NCBI GenBank assembly: GCA_046484245.1
Contig: JAWOBN010000073.1
Location: 27,757 to 91,756, forward strand
Direction of reading: 5' to 3'
DNA from: a bacterium
GTDB taxonomy: Bacteria; Hydrothermota; 32-111
Length of the DNA: 64,000 bases
Shown: positions 10,881-21,118 of the stretch, in pieces
Numbering within the stretch: position 1 is the stretch's first letter
Layout of the letters: each line of letters opens with the position of its first letter
Translations under genes and position numbers: made by a program
Notes under the pieces: model-generated
Databases searched by the model: none
Told to the model about the DNA's origin: nothing
Seen by the model: the letters and a program-made list of their open reading frames with translations, nothing else

Positions 10881-11716
10881 TTGTCCTGTACAATAATGCG
10901 GAGTTCTTTTTCAGGAACAATTACAGTACACTGACAAATAATAATATCAATATCATTGCTGTGGACAATAATGACAACAGCAGACTTATGGAGGAATATA
11001 CTGATATTCAGTATATTAAACCGCGCGGCAATATCGGCTACGGCAGTGCTGTCAATGCGGGGTTCTCCGAGGTCAGATCCCCATACACTATTGTATGCAA
11101 TGATGATATTGTAATATCCCCCGGCAGTATAGAGCACATTGTTGAAAGGATTCCCTATTACAGCAGAAACGGATACTCAATAGTAGGATTCAATGTATAT
11201 TCGCCTGATTCCCGGCGCAGAGGCGTGCATAGAGCAATCTACAATCCTTATGTCATCCTGTATCACAATTCATTTATACCTGCAATTCTCTCACTCTTTT
11301 CCGGTCAATCAGGATATGCCGGTGTATTTGAGACAATGCATTATCACAAATCATCCAAACATGTACGCGGTGTATCCGGTTCATGCTTTATGGTCAGCAG
11401 CAGTGATTTCAGGGCATTGAATGGTTTTGACAGCAATTACTTTCTCACATATGAGGAGATTGATCTCTTCAGGCGGTTCACATTGAATAAACGCATTATA
11501 TACTATGACAGAGATATACTGATCAAACATCTGCACGGATTCACCTCACAGAGAATAATGCTTACCCAGGCATACAGGTCAATGTCCTATTTCCTCTCCA
11601 AATACTATAAGAATATCAAAAATCCCGTGGAGATACTTGTTCTTTTCTGGTTAATAATAAAATCATTCCTCACAGGTGACACATATGCATTCAGGAATTT
11701 TCTTAACAGAAAATAG
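10856..11716 (+). CDS. Glycosyltransferase family 2
   Basis: IVVLYNN, AVDNN, NIGYGSAVNAG, CNDD, GFDSNYFLTYEEIDL. Confidence 0.9.
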   Translation: MERTVDLIVVLYNNAEFFFRNNYSTLTNNNINIIAVDNNDNSRLMEEYTDIQYIKPRGNIGYGSAVNAGFSEVRSPYTIVCNDDIVISPGSIEHIVERIPYYSRNGYSIVGFNVYSPDSRRRGVHRAIYNPYVILYHNSFIPAILSLFSGQSGYAGVFETMHYHKSSKHVRGVSGSCFMVSSSDFRALNGFDSNYFLTYEEIDLFRRFTLNKRIIYYDRDILIKHLHGFTSQRIMLTQAYRSMSYFLSKYYKNIKNPVEILVLFWLIIKSFLTGDTYAFRNFLNRK

Positions 11717-13016
11717 ATACCGGCTCATACTGCTGATACTGATTACAGCTGTAAGCCCCCTGCTTCCCGTTCGGGGTATGACAGAGGGTATGTTCATTAT
11801 TGCATTTCTACTGCTCATTCTCATTGTGTCACGGCACCTGCTGGGCAATCATTCACTGTTCATTGTTATTATGCTTCTATACGGCATATTCTCCCGCCTT
11901 ATATTCTACAGTGCAGGGGGTATGCAGTACAATCCCGTATTCCTCCTTCCTGATATATATATAATTATGTATATAGATGAATTGATTCATGCGCTGAAGG
12001 ATATGAATAGATACAAGAGGGCGGGCCTTCTGGCATTTATAATACTATCTGCAGTTTACTCCACATTGCTCAGTCCCGGAGATATTATTGTTCAGGCGAT
12101 TTCACTGAATATACTGATAATACCCCTGCTGTTCTTTCTGATAGTAGGCAGTGTCAAGAAAATTATTGACATAATGGAGATAATGGCGCCATTTATAATC
12201 GGATACGCAGTACTGCACTTTGCAGGCATACTGCCTGTATTTGATGCTTACTGGATTGATGTGAATCATATGAATACATTTGACTCAATTAAAGTGGGTG
12301 GTATTATGCGGCCCCTTGCATCATTTACATCTGTTGAAGAACTCGGCATATTTCTCATGCTGCTGATGGTAATCCCCTTTTACAGAAGGACAAAATATAC
12401 TCTTATAATGGGAATAACCGCATTATCAATGCTGCTCATATTCTCCATACGCATGCCCTTGATGATTTTTTTGGCTTTCGTGGTTTTATTCCTCATAAGC
12501 AGGCGGCAGTATAAGATTCTCGGTGTCACAGTACTTATAATTACAGGAATATCAATAATGGTCAGCCGTTCTGATATAATGAAACCCATTCATTCCAGTG
12601 AAACGGGTATGGATGTTATTGTAAGACATACACTGGAGCCATTTGGCAATATATTCTCATCCTATTCCCTGGAGAAGAGGATTGTAACAGCACACAGGAA
12701 TATTGAGATAATAATGGAAAATCCCGCGGGCCTGGGTTTCAATGCAAACCCGAGGATTATGGAACATAAGAAAAATATACACGAAGCTGAAAGCAGTTTC
12801 ATCCAGCTTGTATTGGGAGGCGGCATACCAATGCTGATATTCCTTGCAGGCGTATATATTGTATCCGGGATAAGTATCTTGAGAAGCAGATTCGGATTAA
12901 AAAGCGGTCTGCTTTTTATCTCTCTTCTCCTTATAATGTTCACGCATGCACTATCCCTTCATTTTATAGGTCCGCTGGTATATCTTTGTATAATAAGGGG
13001 GAATTATTTTGAATAG
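11676..13016 (+). CDS. Wzy/WaaL-like polytopic membrane protein (polymerase or ligase); start uncertain
   Basis: Many TM segments; RPLASFT and NPAGLGF...HEAESSFIQLVLGGG, resembling the O-antigen ligase loop. Confidence 0.65.
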   Translation: MTHMHSGIFLTENRYRLILLILITAVSPLLPVRGMTEGMFIIAFLLLILIVSRHLLGNHSLFIVIMLLYGIFSRLIFYSAGGMQYNPVFLLPDIYIIMYIDELIHALKDMNRYKRAGLLAFIILSAVYSTLLSPGDIIVQAISLNILIIPLLFFLIVGSVKKIIDIMEIMAPFIIGYAVLHFAGILPVFDAYWIDVNHMNTFDSIKVGGIMRPLASFTSVEELGIFLMLLMVIPFYRRTKYTLIMGITALSMLLIFSIRMPLMIFLAFVVLFLISRRQYKILGVTVLIITGISIMVSRSDIMKPIHSSETGMDVIVRHTLEPFGNIFSSYSLEKRIVTAHRNIEIIMENPAGLGFNANPRIMEHKKNIHEAESSFIQLVLGGGIPMLIFLAGVYIVSGISILRSRFGLKSGLLFISLLLIMFTHALSLHFIGPLVYLCIIRGNYFE

Positions 13017-14286
13017 ACCAATGGAAATACTGGAGAGACAGAGACAGGCAACTGCACGGAGTATTGAATATACCGACAATTTGATTCAACCGAGCAGTCA
13101 GCTGAAAATATTCCAATATTCATTATTATGGACAGTTTACAGAACAATCACTGATGAGGACTACAGGTTCAGGCCGAAAATGTCCAGACCGGCAATACTT
13201 TTCAGCGGGCAGTTGCCGCCTGACAGGTATTATCTGCATTCAGGCAATATCCCCGGGAGTATTATTGAAGCATTTGAAAAGAACCATATTCACGGTATGG
13301 ACCTGAGACTGACGGGAATGGGAATTGGTTATATTATTTCCGGAGCCCTTAAATTCCCCCGTTCATTCAAGTATAAAAATATCTATCAGATAAAAGACAG
13401 TATAGAGACAGAGCGCAGTATCAGAGACCTTATCAATTCAAATATTGTTGATATTGAGAGATTCTCATCAGTATTGGACAAATTGTTCTGTGAGAAAAAA
13501 CCCCTCTTCATACTGCTTGACCAGGACAGGACAAAATTCAGACGGATTATTGCAATGAAGGCGCATCAGCATTCAATTCCTGTCTATGTGATTCAGCACG
13601 GGATGACACCTGCCTGCACTGACAACAGTATCCCGTTTGCAAATGAATCATTCTTTCCCATTCACTGTGACAAAATCTTCACCTGGGGCAGACATGCTGC
13701 TCAATACCTGATAGAGGGCGGGGTAAATCCCGAAAATATCATTGAGGCGGGCAATCCGTATATACCCGATATTGATGACAGTATCCGCCCTTCAGGGGAA
13801 CTGCTTGTTATTGACCAGCAGTTTGAGGGCCAGGAGGAGGAGAGAGAATTCTCATACAGAAAGCTCACGGATGCTCTGGAGTCATCAGGCAGAGAATACA
13901 GCATATATCTGCGCAATGATTATAACCGGGAGTTCCTTACGAAGATAGCAGGCAAGGGAAGAGTGCTTTCATGGTCAAAGGACAGTGCAGCAGCAAATAT
14001 GCTGAAGCACTGTATCACACTGGGGTTTTACTCATCTGCATTAATAGAATCCATTGCTCTTAACAGACCTGCTGTTGCATGCGACTTTATGGGCAGAGGC
14101 AATGTAATGGGATTTGAGGGCAGGGGACTGTTCTATGCAGACAGCAGTGATTTTGAAAGGAGTATAGAGCAGGCGCTGGAAATATCAGGAAGAGCAGATC
14201 TCAGCCGGACACTGCAGAGATTCTGTACCAGAAGAGGTCCGGATGCGGGGAGATTCATTGCACGGAGTATCATGGAGATGTTATGA
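13009..14286 (+). CDS. GT-B fold surface-polysaccharide biosynthesis protein
   Basis: IPVYVIQHG, DKIFTWG, GNPY, SSALIESIALNRP motifs. Confidence 0.6.
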   Translation: MNRPMEILERQRQATARSIEYTDNLIQPSSQLKIFQYSLLWTVYRTITDEDYRFRPKMSRPAILFSGQLPPDRYYLHSGNIPGSIIEAFEKNHIHGMDLRLTGMGIGYIISGALKFPRSFKYKNIYQIKDSIETERSIRDLINSNIVDIERFSSVLDKLFCEKKPLFILLDQDRTKFRRIIAMKAHQHSIPVYVIQHGMTPACTDNSIPFANESFFPIHCDKIFTWGRHAAQYLIEGGVNPENIIEAGNPYIPDIDDSIRPSGELLVIDQQFEGQEEEREFSYRKLTDALESSGREYSIYLRNDYNREFLTKIAGKGRVLSWSKDSAAANMLKHCITLGFYSSALIESIALNRPAVACDFMGRGNVMGFEGRGLFYADSSDFERSIEQALEISGRADLSRTLQRFCTRRGPDAGRFIARSIMEML

Positions 14287-15320
14287 ATATAACATTCATT
14301 GACCTTTCCGTGCACAGAGGCGGAGCAGAGCTGTCACTGGAGAGTCTTGCGCATGCACTGGAAAAAAAACATAATATTACAATTATTGCTCCCCGGGGGA
14401 CCCGGATCAATGCTGACACCGGATTCATACTGCTGAGAGGCAGCAGGTGTTTTACTCAATCCAAGAGAGGCGCACGCGCACTGCTTGCAGGATTAAAAAT
14501 ACTAATGCTCGGCATGACATCCAAGTGCCGTAATCTGATCATAAGCAATACATTCAAGGCTCACATAATGGGAGCAGGCATGAAGCTGACAGGCAGGGCT
14601 GAACACTGGATTATTATTGAGAGGGATGTGCCGGAGAATATCATCATACGGTTGATCAAACGGATACTGCATTATGCTGCAGACAGCACTGTTTTTATAT
14701 CAGAATTTCTGAGAAAACAGTATGGCAAAAGTGATGGTATTGTTATCGGCAATATTGTAGAATCCGTAGAGTGCAGTAAAGAGTACCGCAGCCCGTACAG
14801 GCTTCTCTTTGCCGGGGATCTCACCTATCAGAAGGGGCTGGACAGGGCAATTGAGGTATTTGACGAATTGAGAAAGACAGACAGACGGTTTGAACTGACA
14901 GTAGCGGGCGCATCTGTCTCATATTCCGGGCAATCGCCTGTAAAAATAAAAAGAGGTATTCATTATGAGGGTTATACGGATAGGTCCCGACTTTACTCCA
15001 ATGCAGGTTTTATCATTCTGCTCAACAGGAAAACAGAGAGCTTCTCCAGGGTTGTTTTTGAGGCAATGAAATGCGGCATTGTCCCTGTGATTTTGAAGGG
15101 CAATGGTATGGATGACTATACAACTGATAATGTCAATGCACTCAAGTTCACCGGGTATCTGCCTGATGAAATAAGCCGGCGGATTATCAGCACAATTGAA
15201 TCCGGTGATTATGAGAAGATGAGGAATAATCTGGGGCATGCATTTGAGTACAGAGAGGGTGTTCATGTGAAAGAACAATGGCTGGAATTGATTGAACAAT
15301 TCAGTACCGGGCAAACTTGA
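14283..15320 (+). CDS. Glycosyltransferase family 4
   Basis: GGAELSL, FAGDLTYQKG, ESFSRVVFEAMKCG. Confidence 0.88.
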   Translation: MNITFIDLSVHRGGAELSLESLAHALEKKHNITIIAPRGTRINADTGFILLRGSRCFTQSKRGARALLAGLKILMLGMTSKCRNLIISNTFKAHIMGAGMKLTGRAEHWIIIERDVPENIIIRLIKRILHYAADSTVFISEFLRKQYGKSDGIVIGNIVESVECSKEYRSPYRLLFAGDLTYQKGLDRAIEVFDELRKTDRRFELTVAGASVSYSGQSPVKIKRGIHYEGYTDRSRLYSNAGFIILLNRKTESFSRVVFEAMKCGIVPVILKGNGMDDYTTDNVNALKFTGYLPDEISRRIISTIESGDYEKMRNNLGHAFEYREGVHVKEQWLELIEQFSTGQT

Positions 15321-15344
15321 CAAAAACATATTAATTGATACTCT
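15317..15344 (+). promoter_or_regulatory. Sigma70-like promoter for the lipoprotein gene
   Basis: TTGACA-16 bp-TACTCT with extended TG; AGGAGG SD downstream. Confidence 0.55.
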
Positions 15345-15363
15345 TAAATAAAAAGGAGGATAC

Positions 15364-15831
15364 ATGAAGAGATTCACTTTACCGGCAATTGTAGTACTCA
15401 TTATTGCAGGTTGCACTTTACTCAATTTCCTTCCCTCAGGTGAACTGACATTTGATAAATTCTACGACTTGGACAATGGGGTGCAGATTGACCCTAATGG
15501 TGATAATCTCAGTGACGCTGACCTGATACTTGAGCCATGGTATAAAGACGGCGAACCTGCACCTGCTCTGCAGCTCTACAGCTGGGGCGACAATGCCACA
15601 TTCATTCATGATCTCGGCGAGATATCACTGGACAAGGCGCTGAGTATGTCAGACAGTGAGATTGAACCTGACAGTATTGAGTGGGATGTATATGTTAACC
15701 AGTCACATACCTACTATATTGTAACATCCGAGATGAATGAATTTTTCCTCTATGTCTCTGATGTGGAGATTCAGGAGGATGAAACCACATACGAAGCCAC
15801 AGTAAAATTCAATTATCAGCAGAGAAATTAA
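15364..15831 (+). CDS. Acidic hypothetical lipoprotein
   Basis: Strong SD; lipobox IIAG-C. Confidence 0.8.
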   Translation: MKRFTLPAIVVLIIAGCTLLNFLPSGELTFDKFYDLDNGVQIDPNGDNLSDADLILEPWYKDGEPAPALQLYSWGDNATFIHDLGEISLDKALSMSDSEIEPDSIEWDVYVNQSHTYYIVTSEMNEFFLYVSDVEIQEDETTYEATVKFNYQQRN

Positions 15832-15834
15832 CAG

Positions 15835-15855
15835 AGGGCGGCCTGCCGCCCTTTT
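15835..15855. terminator. Rho-independent terminator between convergent genes
   Basis: AGGGCGG-CCTG-CCGCCCT hairpin followed by a short T run. Confidence 0.7.
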
Positions 15856-16649
15856 CATTTAATTGCTTTCATGGAAAACATCAGGGGTATCTTCTTCTTA
15901 AAACCCGGTATATGCCAGTATCCGTCTTTATTCTGTTTCATGAACTGAGTTGTTTTATAGAATGTATGGTCAAATTCATTGAAAAACTCTACTCTAAGAC
16001 AGGCTGTTGATGCAGCATTGATGATGTCCGAAACAGACCATATCCACTCATACGAAGGATATGAGAGTTTTCTGTCCTCAGCTGAATAATCCGCATTATC
16101 ATCCCATTTTACCGGATTTTCATTGTGGAAATAATCCATTGATATTCTGACTGATGCATCCTCTTCATCAATAGTCATCAGCACGGGATGCGTATCCCTC
16201 ACATAGACAAATCCCCCCGGTTTCAGTAGTGATCCAAGGTCCCTGAACAATCCGTATAGATCACTGTTCCAGCATAATACTCCCCGGCTTAAATATACTA
16301 TATCAAAAGTGCTGTCAATAACTTCCGTTAGCTCACTGTTATCTGACACAATAAATTTGCTATTGCTGTTTGTTTTTACAGCAAGTTCTCTTGCAATATC
16401 TATTGATTTCTCGGAAAAATCCGTTCCTGTAACATGAGCACCTTCATATGCAAGTGAAATGGAATCTGTTCCAATATGGCATTGGATATGAAGAAGTGCT
16501 TTATCCCTGATATCACCGAGTTCATTTTTTTCATTCTCTTTTATGATGCTTTTGCCTGACAGCACTGTTTTGATCTCATCATATGAGTTTCTGTGAATTT
16601 CAGCCATCTCATCCCACATCTCTCTATTGTTTCTGATAAAATCATTCAT
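15855..16649 (-). CDS. Class I SAM-dependent methyltransferase
   Basis: LLHIQCHIGTDS, VTGTDFS, FDIVY...GVLCW, LKPGG. Confidence 0.9.
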   Translation of the reverse strand: MNDFIRNNREMWDEMAEIHRNSYDEIKTVLSGKSIIKENEKNELGDIRDKALLHIQCHIGTDSISLAYEGAHVTGTDFSEKSIDIARELAVKTNSNSKFIVSDNSELTEVIDSTFDIVYLSRGVLCWNSDLYGLFRDLGSLLKPGGFVYVRDTHPVLMTIDEEDASVRISMDYFHNENPVKWDDNADYSAEDRKLSYPSYEWIWSVSDIINAASTACLRVEFFNEFDHTFYKTTQFMKQNKDGYWHIPGFKKKIPLMFSMKAIK

Positions 16650-16667
16650 GATATTCCTTTTTAGAGT

Positions 16668-16695
16668 ATTATATCATTGATCTCCATTTGTTCAA
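16668..16695 (-). promoter_or_regulatory. Sigma70-like promoter
   Basis: TTGAAC-16 bp-TATAAT with extended TG on the minus strand. Confidence 0.65.
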
Positions 16696-16812
16696 TATTA
16701 TATCTTTCCTCATCAAAAAATCATATAAAACCATATAGATGTCACCTGCCCCCCTCTTCTTTGCATGATGAATTCTCAATAATCATCAGTCAGTCTATCA
16801 TATACCTTCAAT

Positions 16813-17488
16813 CCAAATCCCGGGGACGACCCTTGCAATTCATGCAAATTGCGGTTCTTCTCCAAAATAGTTGGCTGATTCATCCGGAAACACTTATTAT
16901 TCATTAAATTAAGCAGTATTACAAATCGCAAGTACTATATGTACTCTCATAATTTTTCTTTAGCTTCTTAATTATACAGAACGATCATGATTATGCATGA
17001 CCAGCCCGCATCTTAAATCTAATTTCAACATCTGTCCTTTTGTCCCATATTTTGTAAAAACACCCTCCAAATCCCAGGGACGTCCCTTTATATCTGCAAC
17101 TTCTATGTTAAATTATTACTCAACTTATGATTCGCTGTTTTCTAATTAAAGTTATTGTATAACTTACAATTACTTAATTTTGTAAATTCTTGCAATTGTA
17201 AAGGAACGTCCCCGGGATTTGGGCAAAATGTTATGTAATTTTATAAATAACTGGTTTTAGGGTGTGTTTTCAGCCGTTTTACAGTTTATTCTCTAATATT
17301 TCACGCTTTGTTCATTGAGAAGTCATCTTTCTTGTATTCTGTATCTCTTTTTACCAACTCTTTTGGAGAAGAACCTTAACAATGTAAGTTAATAATAGCA
17401 GAACTAAAATTGCATGAATTACAAGGGTCGTCCCCGGGATTTGGCAGGTAGTTTTGACCAAAAAAGGGTAAAAGGACAAATGTGAAAA
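16813..17488. repeat. Composite repeat: outer inverted arms 16813-16847 and 17410-17444 enclosing 158-bp element copy A
   Basis: Outer arms CCAAATCCCGGGGACGACCCTTGYAATTCATGCAA match 34/35 as inverted repeats; linker copies at 17023-17065 and 17445-17488. Confidence 0.9.
17066..17223. repeat. 158-bp inverted-repeat element, copy A
   Basis: 35-bp arms (28/35 match) and 88-bp core. Confidence 0.9.
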
Positions 17489-17503
17489 TAGACTTGTGAT
17501 GCA

Positions 17504-17531
17504 TTGACTACTCTGCTGTATTGATTAAAAT
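17504..17531 (+). promoter_or_regulatory. Sigma70-like promoter
   Basis: TTGACT-16 bp-TAAAAT; GAGGA SD before ATG 17549. Confidence 0.6.
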
Positions 17532-17548
17532 AATGGAAAAGAGGATAT

Positions 17549-18745
17549 ATGATAATACCGTTGTGTATCAGGGATACTGTTGAGAGGATCCCTCTATTTT
17601 CAATAATAATAATCTTAATGATCATATTTGTGTTCTGGCAATATCCTGCATTGAGATATATACCCTGGATTGAACATGAATTCATTCAGAATCTTGAAAC
17701 AGAAAAATTTATCAAGATAACCGGAATGTCTCATCTGCTCTCCCGAAGCAATGGATTCAATACATCAAATATCCTGCTGTCACTATTCAGCAGTCAGTAT
17801 ATACCTCAATTCATTCTGAATCTATGGCTTGCCGCTGTTCTGCTTCCATTTATTGAAAACCGCACAGGCAGGGTTCCTTTTGTATTACTCTATATGTTTT
17901 TCTTCATGATTGTATATGCAGTTGCGCGGACAGGCCTTTATTACAATGATTACCCTTTTCCCTTCAATCAGGGTATTTTACTGCTTTTTACAGGGTATTT
18001 CTATTCAATGTATTTCTCCATGAAAATAAGGGTATTGTATTTCCTGGGTCCATTGAAATCACTTAAGGGTATAGTCGATTATCCTGCATCTGCTGTTATA
18101 CTGCCACTCTATTTTGTTGTTCAGATCATAATTATAAGCATAGTAATGTTACGCAGGGATATACTTTTCCTTCCTACAGCCGGAATGCTGGTCAATATGT
18201 TATTTTGTCCTGTAATAGGTGCAATGACAGGATATATCATAAAGCGTATTCCCACTGTTAAGGTCATTGATAAATATCTAAGAAGACCGGATTCCTATCT
18301 CACTGCTGTAGATGAGAAAGAACAGGAGAATATTGAACTGTTGATTAATGGTGATAAAGAACAGAAAAAAACTGCCCTGAATAGCCTGGAAAGCAGTTTC
18401 ATATCTAAACCGGATACCAATATATTGAGTACATTATTTGAATATCACTGTAAGAAAGGCAATAAAGAGCATGCATTGAAATTGATCAGGTATTTCCTCA
18501 GTAAACCGGATAGTGATGATATATCAGAGCTCAGTGATATTATCAGCATCATTGAAAAGAATGCGGGCATTGATTTCATAAACAGCTTGGATGTAAAAAG
18601 CAGGATCAAAATCATCAAGGCATATTATCTGCTAAACAGATACGAGGAGGCACGGCAGCTCATGAGGTATCAGGAGGATAGTGAAAACAGTAAATCATAT
18701 CAGTCATTAGTGAAGTTTTTTGAAAAGGAATATTTTATATGGTGA
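17549..18745 (+). CDS. Rhomboid-like membrane protein, apparently non-catalytic, with helical C-terminal domain
   Basis: MIIPL..D...P N-terminus and IENRTGRVPFVLLY pattern; no GxS or catalytic His visible. Confidence 0.6.
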   Translation: MIIPLCIRDTVERIPLFSIIIILMIIFVFWQYPALRYIPWIEHEFIQNLETEKFIKITGMSHLLSRSNGFNTSNILLSLFSSQYIPQFILNLWLAAVLLPFIENRTGRVPFVLLYMFFFMIVYAVARTGLYYNDYPFPFNQGILLLFTGYFYSMYFSMKIRVLYFLGPLKSLKGIVDYPASAVILPLYFVVQIIIISIVMLRRDILFLPTAGMLVNMLFCPVIGAMTGYIIKRIPTVKVIDKYLRRPDSYLTAVDEKEQENIELLINGDKEQKKTALNSLESSFISKPDTNILSTLFEYHCKKGNKEHALKLIRYFLSKPDSDDISELSDIISIIEKNAGIDFINSLDVKSRIKIIKAYYLLNRYEEARQLMRYQEDSENSKSYQSLVKFFEKEYFIW

Positions 18746-18879
18746 CATATCATTGCAGTTGTAACAATTTGTCATAATCCTCTATTTATAAACCTTATTA
18801 TAATACAGCTTATGAAAGGCATTGATTTTGCAAGGGTAAATGGTGTTGAACTTTAAATCATAAAGGATATATTTAATAT

Positions 18880-19560
18880 ATGACTGGAACATTAATAAAT
18901 GCAGGAGCTGTAATAGCCGGCTCAATCATAGGACTTCTATTGAACAGAAGATTGCCTGAGAAAATAACAAAGGCTGTATTTATACCAATAGGTCTCTTTA
19001 CAATTTTTCTCGGTATCAAGATGACAATCAATACACCGAATATATTAATACTTGTTTTATCTGCTGTGAGCGGTACTTTGATAGGTGTCCTTATCAATCT
19101 CAATCATGCAATTGACAGCATTGGAGAGAAATTGAAGCAACTGTTAAAGGCAACAAATAAACATTTTACAGAGGGGCTTGTAACTGCTTTCCTCATTTTC
19201 TGCATGGGTTCACTGACAGTTCTCGGTGCATTTGAGGAGGGGACAGGCAATTTCCCCGATATACTGCTGACCAAATCCATAATGGACGGCTTTACCTCAG
19301 TAATACTTGCTGCTTCAATGGGCATTGGTGTAATGCTCTCTGCAATCCCCCTGCTTATATATCAGGGACTTCTCACCTTGTTTGCGGGTTCACTCACCGG
19401 TCTTATTACTCCTGATACTGTCAGTCAGATATCAGGTGCAGGCGGCCTGATGCTTCTGGGACTCGGTATTGAGATACTGGAAATTAAAAAACTGAATATT
19501 GTCAATATGCTGCCCTCACTTATTATTGCAGGGGTTCTGGCATATTTCTTTGTGGGGTGA
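18880..19560 (+). CDS. DUF554 (YqgA-like) membrane protein
   Basis: GTLINAGAVIAGS, FCMGSLTVLG, KSIMDG, NMLPSL. Confidence 0.9.
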   Translation: MTGTLINAGAVIAGSIIGLLLNRRLPEKITKAVFIPIGLFTIFLGIKMTINTPNILILVLSAVSGTLIGVLINLNHAIDSIGEKLKQLLKATNKHFTEGLVTAFLIFCMGSLTVLGAFEEGTGNFPDILLTKSIMDGFTSVILAASMGIGVMLSAIPLLIYQGLLTLFAGSLTGLITPDTVSQISGAGGLMLLGLGIEILEIKKLNIVNMLPSLIIAGVLAYFFVG

Positions 19561-20240
19561 TTATGAAAAAAATGATATTACTGATGCTTATCATTATTTC
19601 AACAGCAGTGCACTCACTGGAAATAACTTCATATGAGATACCTGATTACAGTAATGATCTGCCGCTTGACAGTTTCACTGACATGGCAATAGACGGAAGT
19701 ACAGGGAATCTATGCCTTACAGGACCGGGGGTGTGGTGTGAAATACCACTGAAGGGTAATGAGCCTGATTGGGATAGATCTTTTACTGCATCAACAGGGG
19801 AGTATCAATTGACAGTTGTTGCAGGCAGGAACAATGGTGTGACTGTTTTTGACAGGTATAATTATTCAGTAATGGATGAAGAGAATGTATATGCAGCAGA
19901 CCACTGGGGTATTGAACCATCCTGTATGGAATATTCCGGTTATGTTCTGCTTATCGGCAACAAGGAGGGTACTGTGTCCTCATGGGAAATAAGGAGAGGT
20001 ACAATTGAGATGATTTCCCATACAGATTGTTCAATAATACTTACAGGCATTGCATCTGCAGTGAATACTGTCTTTCTCTCTGATTCCAATTATATATACA
20101 GATGCGACAGTGACTACAATATTGAGAAACGGTTTGAGACGGATTTTGCAATAAACGGTATTGCTGCATCTGACAGTGTACTCTGGGCTGTTGGTATGAA
20201 TGAGAATAGAATCTACAGGATAGAGGGAGTGTATCAGTGA
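19557..20240 (+). CDS. Secreted hypothetical beta-rich protein (likely start 19563)
   Basis: Signal peptide MKKMILLMLIIISTAVHS; overlaps both neighbours in operon fashion. Confidence 0.65.
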   Translation: MIMKKMILLMLIIISTAVHSLEITSYEIPDYSNDLPLDSFTDMAIDGSTGNLCLTGPGVWCEIPLKGNEPDWDRSFTASTGEYQLTVVAGRNNGVTVFDRYNYSVMDEENVYAADHWGIEPSCMEYSGYVLLIGNKEGTVSSWEIRRGTIEMISHTDCSIILTGIASAVNTVFLSDSNYIYRCDSDYNIEKRFETDFAINGIAASDSVLWAVGMNENRIYRIEGVYQ

Positions 20241-21118
20241 CACATTCTCATGAACACAGTGGAGAAATAAGGAATGTGGGAATTGCATTCATACTTAACT
20301 TTGTTTTTACAATCATTGAAATTGCCGGGGGGCTATGGACAAATTCAACTGCAGTACTTGCAGACGCATTGCATGATCTGGGTGATTCACTGTCAATAGG
20401 CCTTGCATTTATAATGGAGAAATTGTCCGGCAGGAGCAGGGATGAGCATTTTTCCTATGGTTACGGCAGATTCTCGCTCCTCTCTGCTTTGATAAACGGC
20501 ATTGTTCTGATAAGCGGGTCTGTTATCATACTTGTTCATGCTGTACCGAGAATCATTGATCCGCCTGATGTGAATCCGCAAGGAATGATTCTGCTGGCAG
20601 TAATGGGCATTATATTCAATGGCATAGGCGTCCTGCTTATGAAGAGAGGCAGTACTGTCAATCAGCAGATGCTTGTGCTTCATCTGCTTGAGGATTTGCT
20701 CGGATGGGCAAGTTTGCTCATTATAAGTATTATCATGGCTATTTGGTATATACCTGTGCTTGATCCGGTATTCTCTGTTATTTATACTCTGGTAATACTT
20801 GTTAATGTCGGCAAATTGCTCTACAAGACAATGAAGCTCTTTCTTCAGGGCATACCTGCTGATGTTGATATTGATACCATAGAGGAGAATATACTCTCAC
20901 TGGAGGGTGTTGAGGATGTGCACGATATTCATGTCTGGTCCCTCAATGGCAGGGAGAATATTCTGAGTCTTCATGTAGCTGTCTCGTGTGATGTCAGGAG
21001 GCATCAATTCCCGGAATTGAAGGACAGTATAAGGCAGATATTGAGTAAGGAATCCATAGATCATTCAACAATTGAGATTGATGTTGAAGATGAGAGCTGC
21101 AGTTTCAGGACATGCTGA
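20237..21118 (+). CDS. Cation diffusion facilitator (CzcD/ZitB-like)
   Basis: His-rich N-terminus; LADALHDLGD, HLLED, VHDIHVW. Confidence 0.92.
   Translation: MTHSHEHSGEIRNVGIAFILNFVFTIIEIAGGLWTNSTAVLADALHDLGDSLSIGLAFIMEKLSGRSRDEHFSYGYGRFSLLSALINGIVLISGSVIILVHAVPRIIDPPDVNPQGMILLAVMGIIFNGIGVLLMKRGSTVNQQMLVLHLLEDLLGWASLLIISIIMAIWYIPVLDPVFSVIYTLVILVNVGKLLYKTMKLFLQGIPADVDIDTIEENILSLEGVEDVHDIHVWSLNGRENILSLHVAVSCDVRRHQFPELKDSIRQILSKESIDHSTIEIDVEDESCSFRTC

Noticed and set aside
16677..16907. Short ORFs over the repeats (also 17419-17685, 26784-26993, 26965-27192) sharing KSRGRPL/KSQGQPF peptides
   Set aside because: The shared peptides are just translations of the DNA arm; no conserved start or frame.
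17103..17113. dif site (CTATGTTAAAT resembles the XerD arm)
   Set aside because: No XerC arm at the right spacing, and the match is not kept in the other three copies.
16813..17444. CRISPR array interpretation of the ~35-bp repeats
   Set aside because: Repeats are inverted and dispersed, spacers are 88-220 bp and homologous to each other, and there are no cas genes.
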